From Candidatus Heimdallarchaeota archaeon (lineage in GTDB: Archaea; Asgardarchaeota; Heimdallarchaeia; Heimdallarchaeales; Heimdallarchaeaceae), in contig JAAFKJ010000001.1 of NCBI GenBank assembly GCA_021399395.1, positions 7,357 through 71,356 on the forward strand: a stretch of DNA of 64,000 bases, given 5' to 3'. The position numbers and the translations under genes are program-made. Positions 36,858-46,890 of this stretch are shown one piece after another. Within the stretch, counting starts at the first letter, position 1. Each line of letters starts with the position of its first letter. Under the pieces are notes generated by a model. The model did no database searches and was not told the origin of the DNA. It was given only the letters and a program-made list of their open reading frames with translations.

Positions 36858-37037
36858 GATCTTTGCCGACAGAGAATAAGAGAAGGAATTTATGATAATT
36901 TTTTTCGCATTTACTTCTCAAAATTTCATTTTAGTTATTTTAGCATGTTTTTGGTTTTAATTACACAAATTGACTACCTCTATCAGTTATATCCTCTTTA
37001 TCCAAAAATTCTTAAGATAAGAAAACAAAAATTGCCT

Positions 37038-37610
37038 ATGTCCGACATTTACCATACTAAATCACCTTTTATCGGAGAAAAAGTGAAATTACGTCCTTTA
37101 GAAAAAGAGGATTTAGATGACATTATGGAACATTGGAACACATATGAATCTAGAATAGGTTTAGGTTTGTTAATACCTATGTCCTCAATGATGGAAGCTG
37201 AATTTATTGAAAGTGCTCATAGTATGGCAAAAAGCGGAAAAGAGTATGTTTTGGCAATTGAAGAAATTTCAACTGGAAATTTCCTTGGAACTTGTGGAGT
37301 AGGTAAGATCAATTCTGTAAGCAGATCTGCTGAACTAGGTATTACCATTCACAATCCAGCTAATCACAGCAAAGGTTATGGTACTGATGCTATGAAGTGC
37401 CTTCTGAAATTCGGATTCAATATTCTCAATTTCCATCGTATAGAACTCTGGGTTATGGAGTATAATGAACGAGCTATCCATGTTTATAAGAAAGTTGGAT
37501 TTAAGGAAGTTGGAAGAAAAAGAGAAGCACATTACTTACAAGGTAGTTATCACAATGTAGTGGTAATGGACATCTTAGAAGAGGAGTTTAGGGAGAAGTA
37601 CAAGGACTAG
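37038..37610 (+). CDS. GNAT family N-acetyltransferase (RimJ/RimL-like)
   Basis: KGYGTDAMKCLLKFGF, HRIELWVMEYNERAIHVYKKVGF. I prefer internal ATG 37038 over the track start 36945. Confidence 0.8.
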   Translation: MSDIYHTKSPFIGEKVKLRPLEKEDLDDIMEHWNTYESRIGLGLLIPMSSMMEAEFIESAHSMAKSGKEYVLAIEEISTGNFLGTCGVGKINSVSRSAELGITIHNPANHSKGYGTDAMKCLLKFGFNILNFHRIELWVMEYNERAIHVYKKVGFKEVGRKREAHYLQGSYHNVVVMDILEEEFREKYKD

Positions 37611-37663
37611 CCGAAACTTACACAAATCTTATAATTAACTAGTTTAGACACATCCTATCTCAA

Positions 37664-39229
37664 ATGAATGAAACTGTCAGTGAAAAAGCAGAAGAAAAGG
37701 ATTCTATCAAAGTTTGGGTGCTTATTTCTGCAACAGGAATTGGAGCATTTTTAGCTTCTCTCGATGGGACCATTGTAAATATTAGCTTACCTCAAATGAT
37801 GGAGAGTTTAGATGTAGCACAGCATCAAGTACAGTGGATTGTTCTAAGCTATCTACTAACCATGATTGCATTTACAACAGTTTCTGGAGACTTGGGTGAC
37901 AGAATTTCAAATAAACTGATCTTCCAGATTGGGATGGTCATTTTTTCAGTAGCATCACTATTATGTTTCTTTGCGAGATCTCTAGGTGTTTTAGTCTTGT
38001 TTAGAATCTTACAAGGGATTGGAGCCACAGGATTAGTTGCCAATGGAATGGCAATAATTACCAGGTTCACATCAAGAGAAAACAGAGGGTTAGCAATAGG
38101 TTTGAATTCTTTACTTATTGCATTAGGGATTTCATTAGGACCTATTCTCGGAGGTGCGCTAACCGAATTTCTTGATGGTGTTCTTAATGGATATTCAGGT
38201 TGGCCTTTTATATTTCTCATCAATGTACCAGTTGGTTTAATTGGCTTTTTCTGGGTTCAGTACATTATTCCTCCAACTCCCCCTCTTACAGATAGTCGTC
38301 GTAAAGCTGATATACTTGGATCATTATTCTTGTCCGGTTTTCTGTTCTTGCTGGTATTTTGTTTCAGTGTTTTTGCTAGTATATTCGATCACACATATTT
38401 TGGACCGAATAAATCACATTGGCCTGGAGGTGTAGTAGTTCCATACTTTAAAACGGAAGTTGGTACGTTTGGACCTTTTGCAAAGCTTCTATCAGGATTA
38501 AGTTTGGGATTTAGTATTATCTTTTTGATAGCTTTTATCTTCTGGGAAAAACATACCAAACATCCTGTTATTGATTTATCTATGTTCAAAAATAGAAGGT
38601 TTACAGTAGGTATTTTCTCTGGGGTGTTAGCTTATCTTGGTCTATGTGTAATCATATATCAACTTCCATTCTTTGTTCAACAAATTTTGCACTATACTAC
38701 ATTTCAAACAGGAGTTGCTATCATGGGTACGCCTATAGGAATGGCTCTTGCAGCAGTCCTTTCGGGTGCGGTATCAAACAAGATTGATGTTAAATATCTT
38801 TCCACGGCTGGCATAGGTATCATGATGTTATCACTCGTGTTGGGTGCATTGTTTATTACCGAACAAGTACCAATTTATGTAATTATAATTATAGCAACAA
38901 TCATTGGGATATCACTGGGCATATTTATTGCACCAAATAATACTTCTGTAATGTCATCAGCACCCGAAAAGAAACTTGGTATAGCAAACAGTATGTTAAG
39001 TCTCTCTACCAATGTCGGTTTCAGCTTAGGGACAGCATTAGCAACAGCTGTTTTTGTTTTTTCACAAAATAAATATCAAAGTATCAATGGTGGAAGAATA
39101 GAAGATGTTATCAATTATGTACCAGCAATGAGGGTGTTATTTGGCGTGTTCGCAGGATTCATGCTGTTCTCAACAATATTCTCTTATTTTAGAGGACCAA
39201 AACCAAAAATAGAAATAAACAAAACTTGA
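37664..39229 (+). CDS. MFS transporter, 14-TM DHA2 (EmrB/QacA)-like
   Basis: LDGTIVNISLPQM, GDLGDRISNK, LFRILQGIGA. About 14 hydrophobic segments. Confidence 0.8.
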   Translation: MNETVSEKAEEKDSIKVWVLISATGIGAFLASLDGTIVNISLPQMMESLDVAQHQVQWIVLSYLLTMIAFTTVSGDLGDRISNKLIFQIGMVIFSVASLLCFFARSLGVLVLFRILQGIGATGLVANGMAIITRFTSRENRGLAIGLNSLLIALGISLGPILGGALTEFLDGVLNGYSGWPFIFLINVPVGLIGFFWVQYIIPPTPPLTDSRRKADILGSLFLSGFLFLLVFCFSVFASIFDHTYFGPNKSHWPGGVVVPYFKTEVGTFGPFAKLLSGLSLGFSIIFLIAFIFWEKHTKHPVIDLSMFKNRRFTVGIFSGVLAYLGLCVIIYQLPFFVQQILHYTTFQTGVAIMGTPIGMALAAVLSGAVSNKIDVKYLSTAGIGIMMLSLVLGALFITEQVPIYVIIIIATIIGISLGIFIAPNNTSVMSSAPEKKLGIANSMLSLSTNVGFSLGTALATAVFVFSQNKYQSINGGRIEDVINYVPAMRVLFGVFAGFMLFSTIFSYFRGPKPKIEINKT

Positions 39230-39231
39230 AA

Positions 39232-40287
39232 TCAAATCTTACAGAAATTGGTTACAAGCTTTATTGTTTTGAGAATATCATCGATTAACAGTAATCCTGC
39301 GTTAGCATGTATGTATCTACATGGAACAGAAACAACTCCCGAAGGAACACCTGCACGTGTTTTAGATATTGAACCAGCATCAGTCCCACCATAAGTTGGT
39401 TTTTTGTATTGCCATTTGATATCGCCCATTACTGCCGCTTGCTTAATCCTTTCAAGTATTTTCTTAGGCACAATTAACGATCTATCTGCAGCTGTAACAG
39501 CTGGTCCATCACCAAGGCTTGTAACTATTTTTTGGCTCGGAACACCAGGAACATCACTTGCGATAGTATTTTCAAGAGCTAGAGCTATACTTGGTTCTAA
39601 AGTATAACCGGCAACTATTGCACCTCTTGTACCTACTTCTTCTTGTACTGCGAAATTTATCAGTAATGTATGTGGTATCTCTACTTCTTTTAGCTCTTCA
39701 AGTACATGCAAAATCACATTACAAGCTGTTCTATCATCAAAAGCTTTACCAAGAATTGTTTCCTCATTTAGCAGGATACACTCAGTATAAAAAGTACCAA
39801 CAGAACCTATGTCCAAACCCAAAGCTAATACTTCTGCCCGATTCTTACATCCTATATCAACGAACATTTCATTAATTTCAGGAACTTTATCTCGCTCATC
39901 AGGTTTTGTTACATGTGGAGGAGCTGCCCCTACTACACCTATAATTCTTTCACGAAAATCATTTTGGAATTGTAGTAAAGCTCCTAACATGAGTCTTTTA
40001 TCAATTCCTCCCAGGTTTTCTATTGTAAGAAAACCTTCTTCGTGAACATGTGATATCATAAATCCTACTTCGTCTACGTGAGCATCAAGCATTATTCTTA
40101 ATCCGTTTGGATTTGTTCCCTCTTTTATAGCTAAAACATTTCCTAGGGGATCAATCCATGCTTTATCGACACCAAGTTTTTCTAACTTCACTAAAACATA
40201 ATCAGTAACTTCTTCCTCATGTCCTGGGACACCAATAAGGTTACTTAACTCAATTTGAGTTTTAATAACACTGTCTCTATTGACCAT
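39232..40287 (-). CDS. M42 family metallopeptidase (TET/FrvX-like aminopeptidase)
   Basis: GVPGHEEEV, LDAHVDEVGFMI, FAVQEEVGTRGA, PCRYIHA. Confidence 0.85.
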   Translation of the reverse strand: MVNRDSVIKTQIELSNLIGVPGHEEEVTDYVLVKLEKLGVDKAWIDPLGNVLAIKEGTNPNGLRIMLDAHVDEVGFMISHVHEEGFLTIENLGGIDKRLMLGALLQFQNDFRERIIGVVGAAPPHVTKPDERDKVPEINEMFVDIGCKNRAEVLALGLDIGSVGTFYTECILLNEETILGKAFDDRTACNVILHVLEELKEVEIPHTLLINFAVQEEVGTRGAIVAGYTLEPSIALALENTIASDVPGVPSQKIVTSLGDGPAVTAADRSLIVPKKILERIKQAAVMGDIKWQYKKPTYGGTDAGSISKTRAGVPSGVVSVPCRYIHANAGLLLIDDILKTIKLVTNFCKI

Positions 40288-40403
40288 TTTAATTCCAAAA
40301 ATACTATGAGAGATTTTTATTAAATGTTTCCGTCCAAATGTGGATTATGAACGTATATATTTGATAAGTAGTAAACTTTATTTAATCCAACCTTTCAGTT
40401 TCG

Positions 40404-41240
40404 TTGAGTACTATGAAGATTATTGTGTTTATAGACCAAATCGTAAGCACACAAGTCAAGCTTCAAGGTGTGGATTTCTTTGATCCCTCCAAGGTTGACG
40501 ATGTTGACTTGGTTATTAATCCTACAAGCAAAAATGCTATTGAAGGAGCACTGAAACTCAAAAACACTTTCGATGCTGAGAAAGAAGAAGAGGAAGAAGG
40601 TGCTAAAGTAACCGCAGTGTGTGTAAGAGGTTTGAAACCAATCAAAGCTTTAAGAGAAGCTATTGCAATGGGGTGCACTGATGCAATTGAAATTGCAGAT
40701 GATACACTCTATACAGAAGATCCTTTGCTTTTAGCGAAAATTTACGTTGGAGCATTGGAGAAAATTGGTGATTTTGATTTAGTTTTCCTAAGTGCTGAAG
40801 AACAGTCTTCTAGTTCCTATGCAGTAGGAGCTATGTTAGCAGAAAAACTTGGCCTCCCAAGTGTTCTTTATGCAGAAGAAATAGAAAACATTGACGGTGG
40901 ATTTAGAGTTGGACATGTTCTAGAAGGTGGAAGAAAAATAGTTGAGGTACCACAAAAGGCTTTGATTAGCACAAGTGATAGCCAATACTTCACTCCTAGA
41001 TATACATCCATGAAAGGTATTCTAAACGCTAAACGAGCAGTAATACCTACTTGGACAGCAACAGATTTGGGATTGAGTGCAAATGTTGTTGGTAAAGAAG
41101 CCGCATCGTTACAACAAGTTTCCCTAACCAATATTGTGATTGAAAAGGAAAGCTATATCATTACTGAAGGAGAACCTGAGGAAATGGTAGACAATCTTCT
41201 TTCGAAATTAAAAGAAGATGAGGTAAAACTAGGAGCGTGA
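40404..41240 (+). CDS. etfB: electron transfer flavoprotein beta subunit (EtfB/FixA)
   Basis: INPTSKNAIEGALKLK, LVFLSAEEQSSSSYAVGAMLAEKLGLP. Confidence 0.88.
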   Translation: MSTMKIIVFIDQIVSTQVKLQGVDFFDPSKVDDVDLVINPTSKNAIEGALKLKNTFDAEKEEEEEGAKVTAVCVRGLKPIKALREAIAMGCTDAIEIADDTLYTEDPLLLAKIYVGALEKIGDFDLVFLSAEEQSSSSYAVGAMLAEKLGLPSVLYAEEIENIDGGFRVGHVLEGGRKIVEVPQKALISTSDSQYFTPRYTSMKGILNAKRAVIPTWTATDLGLSANVVGKEAASLQQVSLTNIVIEKESYIITEGEPEEMVDNLLSKLKEDEVKLGA

Positions 41241-41245
41241 AATAA

Positions 41246-42202
41246 ATGAAAATATTAGTATTTGGACAAATTAGAGATAATGCAATTGAAGAAAACGTTC
41301 TAGGTATTCTCAACAAATTATCTGAAGTTTTTGCAGATAGTGAAATCAGTTTAGCACTCCTAGCTAATCAAATTAATAATGATTGGGTTGAAGAACTTGG
41401 AAAACATGGAGCTAAGAAAGTTTATACTGTCGAAGCATCAGAATTAGAGAATTATCTCAGTTACCCTTATGTAAAATCTATGCTTGAGATTATTGAAAAA
41501 ACTGAACCTTCTTTGGTTCTAGCAGCTGGAACTGTCTTTGGAGAGGATCTTATTCCAAGACTTGCTGTTCATCATGGAATATCCTGTGCCCAAAGAATTG
41601 TTGACATCTCTTTAGATATCGATAACATTCTTTTCCACACTCCAGTTAGAGATGATCAAGCCATGAGAGTTACTAAGCTAGTAGGAGCAATTAAATTCGC
41701 TACTACAAGAACTGGAGCCTTCTTCATAAATGAAAATCCATCAGGTAAATCTCCAGAAGTAGAAAAGGTAGAAGTTACTTTTGAAGCAGAAGATATGTTA
41801 GTAAAACACATTGAGATTAAGAAAGCAGAACGAACTGTAAATCTTAAAGACGCTAAACTCATTGTCGCTGGAGGTAGAGGAGTGGGAGGAAAAGATAATT
41901 TTCAGATTTTAAAGGATCTTGCTACACTGCTAAATGGAGAAATTGGTGCAACAAGAGCTTGTACTGATCTTCATTGGATTGAAGAAACTTATGAAATCGG
42001 GCAAACTGGTCAATCAGTATCTCCTGACATTTACATCGCTGCCGGGATTTCTGGTGCTCCACAACATTTGAGTGGAGTTAAAGCTAAGACTTTAATTTCT
42101 ATCAACAAAGATGAAGGTGCTCCAATATTCAATTATTCTGATTATGGGATTGTTGGAGACTTACATGAAATTCTACCAATACTTAAGAAGAAGTTAGAGT
42201 AA
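41246..42202 (+). CDS. etfA: electron transfer flavoprotein alpha subunit (EtfA/FixB)
   Basis: VAGGRGVGG, GATRA, IGQTGQSVSPDIYIAAGISGAPQHLSG. Confidence 0.88.
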   Translation: MKILVFGQIRDNAIEENVLGILNKLSEVFADSEISLALLANQINNDWVEELGKHGAKKVYTVEASELENYLSYPYVKSMLEIIEKTEPSLVLAAGTVFGEDLIPRLAVHHGISCAQRIVDISLDIDNILFHTPVRDDQAMRVTKLVGAIKFATTRTGAFFINENPSGKSPEVEKVEVTFEAEDMLVKHIEIKKAERTVNLKDAKLIVAGGRGVGGKDNFQILKDLATLLNGEIGATRACTDLHWIEETYEIGQTGQSVSPDIYIAAGISGAPQHLSGVKAKTLISINKDEGAPIFNYSDYGIVGDLHEILPILKKKLE

Positions 42203-42275
42203 AACTTCTCTTTCTATTTTATTTTTTATGTTCTAAATCCCCAATACTTATAAAATTAAAATTTGCTATCTATTT

Positions 42276-42962
42276 GTGAAGGGAATATTCAGAAACGAAA
42301 GAGCTACAGAAATAGCAAACGGTAGAACTCCTATCAAATTCTTAGATAATGCTAAACTTATTCTTCACTTAATTGCAGGAGAATCTTCTACAATAGATAA
42401 GAATTACAACATCGAGATTATTTCTAGAAATCCTAAATTCCTTAAACCTATCAAATATATGGGGATGGAACTTAGTCATACGTTTGATGGGTTCCTTACT
42501 TATACAACTGATTTATCTGGTGTAGCTAGATCATATGTCCATCTTTACAGAAAAGGTATTATTGAAGCAGTGGAAGGAAGTCTCTTGAAACCTATTGCAT
42601 CAAAATTAGAAATCCCAAGTGTTTCGTTCGAAGAAGAAATTCTTAAAGCTCTCCCCGATTACATTGAAGTGTTCAAAAGAATTTCAGTGAATCCTCCTTT
42701 CAGTCTATATTTGACTCTAGTTCAAGTTAGAGATTATGAGATGAAGTTAAACAAAGATATTCTTGGTGTTAATCCAGTTCCAATCGATAGAGATGAATTG
42801 AAGTTTCAAGAGATTTTTATTGAGGATTACTCACAAACCGAAAACATTCCTCTACTTGTTCAACCCTGGTTTGACGAAATATGGACTGCGTGTGGAATGT
42901 TTAAATCATTCAATTATGATGAAGATGGTAATTGGGGATATGGCTTAAATTCAGATAAATAG
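42276..42962 (+). CDS. hypothetical protein (228 aa) between etfBA and fixCX
   Basis: GTG-start ORF on the same strand as its neighbours. No motif recognised. Confidence 0.5.
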   Translation: MKGIFRNERATEIANGRTPIKFLDNAKLILHLIAGESSTIDKNYNIEIISRNPKFLKPIKYMGMELSHTFDGFLTYTTDLSGVARSYVHLYRKGIIEAVEGSLLKPIASKLEIPSVSFEEEILKALPDYIEVFKRISVNPPFSLYLTLVQVRDYEMKLNKDILGVNPVPIDRDELKFQEIFIEDYSQTENIPLLVQPWFDEIWTACGMFKSFNYDEDGNWGYGLNSDK

Positions 42963-43020
42963 TGTCTGTAATTTGCCAAGTAGCATTATTTATAAAGCGA
43001 TATTTTGAACTCATTTCATA

Positions 43021-44316
43021 ATGTCAGAAGAATATGATTTCGATGTTGCAATCATAGGAGCTGGTCCAGCAGGTATTGCAGCAGCTTTAACACTAGCAAG
43101 AGCTGGTATAGAAACTGTTGTTCTTGAAAGAGGTCAATATCCTGGTTCAAAGAACGTTAGTGGAGCCGCACTTTATGGTCCTGTATTGCATAAATTAGTC
43201 CCAAATTACTGGGAAGATGACAAATCATTTGAAAGATATCTAACAACAAAAAAAATTACTCTTCTTTCTGAAACACGTTCAGTTACAATTGATGCTGATC
43301 TGAGGAATTTTGCTCAAACCCCATACAATGGTGTAACTGTCATAAGACCAAAATTCGACAGATGGTTAGCTGAAAAAGCAGAAGAAGCAGGTGCAATGAT
43401 TCTTCCAGATACAATGGTTGAGGATTTGGTTTGGAAAGATAAACAAGTTGTTGGAGTTAAATCAGGTGATGAGGAACTTAAAGCTAAATTGATAATTATT
43501 GCTGAAGGAGCTAATAACCTCTTAGTTGAAAAAGCTAATTTAATGAAAAAACCCAAAGCCAAACATTATGCCTTAGGTATGAAGGAGACCTATGAATTAT
43601 CAAAAGGTAAAATCGAAGAGAGATTTCATCTAGATGAGAACGAAGGTATAAGTAACGAAATTCTTGGTCATACTAAAGGTATTCCAGGTGGAGGTTTCTA
43701 CTATACTAATAAAGAAACTGTCTCTTTCGGTTTGATACTCAACATGGATGTCTTAGCTAAGAAAAAACTTGAAGCACCAGCTGTTTTTGAAGAATTTAAA
43801 AACCATTCATATATCAGGAAACTTCTCAAAGATGCAAAAATGATTGAATACTCTGCCCACATCATTCTAGAAGGCGGATTTAAATATATGCCAAAATTAT
43901 TCGGTAATGGAGTATTAGTTGTTGGTGATGCCGCGGGTATGACTCTTAATGCAGGTCTTTACATAGAAGGAATAAATTTTGCCCTACAATCTGGAATAGT
44001 TGCTGCTGAATCAGCAATTGACATTCTTAAATCTAATACATACACCAAACGAAGCACAAAGATTTATAAGAAGAATCTAAAGAAAAGCTTTGTTTACAAA
44101 GATTTGAAGACATTTAGAAGAGCAGGTCATTTTCTAGAAAATGAGCACATGTATACAACTGCCCCAGATCTTGTTACTGTATTAATGGAAAAATTACTGA
44201 GAAATAATGGACAACCAAGAAAAAGAATTGTTATGACAGCTATTTGGCACATACTCCGAAAAACACCTCTTTGGGCTATGTTCAAATTGTTAATAGGAGC
44301 GGTGAGATCACTATGA
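43021..44316 (+). CDS. fixC: FixC-like FAD-dependent oxidoreductase (ETF-quinone oxidoreductase family)
   Basis: DVAIIGAGPAGIAAALTLA, VVGDAAGM. Sits next to etfBA and a FixX-like ferredoxin. Confidence 0.85.
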   Translation: MSEEYDFDVAIIGAGPAGIAAALTLARAGIETVVLERGQYPGSKNVSGAALYGPVLHKLVPNYWEDDKSFERYLTTKKITLLSETRSVTIDADLRNFAQTPYNGVTVIRPKFDRWLAEKAEEAGAMILPDTMVEDLVWKDKQVVGVKSGDEELKAKLIIIAEGANNLLVEKANLMKKPKAKHYALGMKETYELSKGKIEERFHLDENEGISNEILGHTKGIPGGGFYYTNKETVSFGLILNMDVLAKKKLEAPAVFEEFKNHSYIRKLLKDAKMIEYSAHIILEGGFKYMPKLFGNGVLVVGDAAGMTLNAGLYIEGINFALQSGIVAAESAIDILKSNTYTKRSTKIYKKNLKKSFVYKDLKTFRRAGHFLENEHMYTTAPDLVTVLMEKLLRNNGQPRKRIVMTAIWHILRKTPLWAMFKLLIGAVRSL

Positions 44317-44624
44317 GTAAAGCAAAACAATCCAAATCTATAGAAGAGAAATTAGATCTAACAAAGTTTACATCAGATCAAAATTATGCACACATAACTA
44401 TCAATCCAGAAATATGTAAATCAAAATGTACAACATACCAATGTGTATACGGATGTCCAGCTAGTTGCTACAAATTTACCGAAGGTGACGAAGCAGAAGG
44501 ACCAGTTTCTTTTGATTATATTTCTTGTCTTGAGTGTGGTACTTGTAAACTTGTCTGTCCCCATGAGAGTGTTGATTGGCATTATCCTAAAGGTGGATTT
44601 GGCGTAGAGTTCAAACATAGTTAA
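44313..44624 (+). CDS. fixX: FixX-like ferredoxin-like protein
   Basis: CKSKCTTYQCVYGCPASC and CLECGTCKLVCP. ATG 44313 overlaps the fixC stop (ATGA). Confidence 0.8.
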   Translation: MSKAKQSKSIEEKLDLTKFTSDQNYAHITINPEICKSKCTTYQCVYGCPASCYKFTEGDEAEGPVSFDYISCLECGTCKLVCPHESVDWHYPKGGFGVEFKHS

Positions 44625-44694
44625 TGCTATTATTCTTTCTTTTTTTCCATCCTTAAATATTCAAAAATATCCATTTTCTCAACGAATCCTATAA

Positions 44695-45942
44695 GTGATG
44701 AATATGAAGGTTGAGAAGATTCAAGCAAAAACTCTTGTTAGAACAAGTAATAGAAGCCCTCACCATATCCACATGAATCTCTATCAAGGTTGTTATCACA
44801 ATTGTGCTTATTGTAATGGAACTTCAGATAACTATCATATGCATGATGATTTTGGTGTGACCATTAAGGCAAAAATCAATGCACCTGAACTATTCGAAGA
44901 ATATCTTGTTAAGAAAGGATTAGTCCCTTTCAACAGAAACGGAACAACAACCTTGGATGAATTTATTGAATCCAAGAACAACTCTCTAACTAAGTATCAG
45001 ACACCAAAATTCTTACTCAGCCTATTTGGCAATGTATGTGACATCTACCAACCAGCTGAAGAGGAACTGCAGCTTACGAGACAATTATTGCTAATAGCCT
45101 ACGATTATGGAATACCAGTTAGGTTGCTGACAAAGAGCGATTTAGCCTTAAGAGATCTTGATATCATCAAGAAGATACATGAAACCTCTTTTGCTCGTGT
45201 TGCTTTCACTGTTACTCTCATGAACGAAAATGATCAAAAAAATATCGAACCAAATGCTAGCTCTACTTTTTCAAGAATTCAAGCAATCAAAGAATTTCGG
45301 AATGCAAGCATACCTTCTGGAGCATATATTACCCCAGTTATTCCTTTCATAGGTGACACTGAGGAAAATCTTGAAAATATTTTTGCTGAACTACACAGAG
45401 TCAATGCAGAATTTGTCATAACAGGCGGTCTAACCCTTAAACCCCGAAGAAATAAAGATGTTTTTATGCAAGTTATTCACGAAAACTATCCCTCCATCTT
45501 TAACAAAATGCTTGAACTTTATTCTAACAATATCTCATACGGACAACCTGATCCTGAAATTGCACACAATTATCAACTTCTCAAACCTGTTTCAGAAGGT
45601 TATCATCTTGCAAAAAAGCATAGAATAAACTTTTTTGAACCGAGATACATTCCAAATGTTAAATTCCGAAAGAATCTAGAAACAGCAACTTATCTGGCAA
45701 GAATAGGTTTTCTCATGAGAGAAGTGTTCTTTGAAAGAATATCAATAGCTCATCAATTCCGACAAGCTGCAGCTGAACTAGAGTGTCTGGAATCAGATAT
45801 TTTAAAGATGTCAGATTCACAATTACAGAAACTGCCCATATCTCAAGCTGTTATCCCAACTATTAGGGAGATATTGGTTGAGGGAAAAAGTACATATCTT
45901 GAAGACAAAGGAGATTTTGGTGAACTTTTGTATAGCAAATAA
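44695..45942 (+). CDS. radical SAM protein (SplB/DNA-repair-photolyase-like COG family)
   Basis: GCYHNCAYCNG (CX3CX2C) near the N-terminus. The function is not determinable from sequence. Confidence 0.65.
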   Translation: MMNMKVEKIQAKTLVRTSNRSPHHIHMNLYQGCYHNCAYCNGTSDNYHMHDDFGVTIKAKINAPELFEEYLVKKGLVPFNRNGTTTLDEFIESKNNSLTKYQTPKFLLSLFGNVCDIYQPAEEELQLTRQLLLIAYDYGIPVRLLTKSDLALRDLDIIKKIHETSFARVAFTVTLMNENDQKNIEPNASSTFSRIQAIKEFRNASIPSGAYITPVIPFIGDTEENLENIFAELHRVNAEFVITGGLTLKPRRNKDVFMQVIHENYPSIFNKMLELYSNNISYGQPDPEIAHNYQLLKPVSEGYHLAKKHRINFFEPRYIPNVKFRKNLETATYLARIGFLMREVFFERISIAHQFRQAAAELECLESDILKMSDSQLQKLPISQAVIPTIREILVEGKSTYLEDKGDFGELLYSK

Positions 45943-46009
45943 CACCCTTACTTACTCAATCGGCCATTTCTTTGCGATAGATTTTTGAATAAAGATAATT
46001 TATACATTC

Positions 46010-46879
46010 TTGAGTTTAATGAGCGGGATTGAACAACTTAAAGAAATTATTCCAGATGTTATTGCAGGTTTTGTTCGTTATGCTGATTTTAGCATGATAC
46101 CTGAAATTTCTCCTCTTAAAAATAAAAATACACTCTTGCCTATACTTAAACGTATGAAAGAAGGAGGAGCTAATGGATGTTTATTCTATCTTTATGATGA
46201 AGATATGGCTCAATTTCTAAATACCGTAAATGCAGAAATCAAAGACTTTCCCATTATGATTGTAGTTCGTTCTGCAGAAATAGGAAAAACCACTACTTTA
46301 TTGCAAAACTTAGAATTCAAACCACTTGTTATTTTCTTAGATTATGCTATTGCAGATCAAAGAGATAATGAGATTGTTAACAAGTACTTACACACTTTAG
46401 CAAAATATACCGAACATTTTGGTCTTTTCAGTATAGAACCTATTGGAACAGTGTCTTTTTTCATTACGCAGAATCCACTTATCAACATCTATCTAATTCC
46501 CTTCAACATGTTAGGATTTGGTGTTCAAAACAGAAGTTTGCTTGAAATGATTGTAAACTCATCAGAGAATGTCTACTTGACAATGAATCCTCTTGCTCAA
46601 GGTAGAATTAAACCAAGACAAGCCTTCGATTATATAACTACTCATAAAATCCATGGATCGATGGTTGAGATTGCAAATGTAGATATTAATTTAGAAGCAA
46701 TCAAGTTTGCAAAATACTTCTTCGAAACACATGATTTCTTACAAATAGCTTTAGAGTTTGAGGATCACGCAGAAGTATGTGAAAACTGTGGGATAGGTAT
46801 GTATAGATATTTTCCACCTTCTGGTGGTAGTGGGTTCTACTGCCCTCAGTGTCAAGCAACAAGAAATCTACCAAAATAA
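46010..46879 (+). CDS. hypothetical protein with a C-terminal zinc ribbon
   Basis: CENCG-x15-CPQC at the C-terminus. The rest is unrecognised. Confidence 0.5.
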   Translation: MSLMSGIEQLKEIIPDVIAGFVRYADFSMIPEISPLKNKNTLLPILKRMKEGGANGCLFYLYDEDMAQFLNTVNAEIKDFPIMIVVRSAEIGKTTTLLQNLEFKPLVIFLDYAIADQRDNEIVNKYLHTLAKYTEHFGLFSIEPIGTVSFFITQNPLINIYLIPFNMLGFGVQNRSLLEMIVNSSENVYLTMNPLAQGRIKPRQAFDYITTHKIHGSMVEIANVDINLEAIKFAKYFFETHDFLQIALEFEDHAEVCENCGIGMYRYFPPSGGSGFYCPQCQATRNLPK

Positions 46880-46890
46880 TTATCTAACGG

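Noticed and set aside
39404-40045. Three plus-strand ORFs (67, 94 and 78 aa)
   Set aside because: All three are antisense within the M42 peptidase gene and none has a motif.
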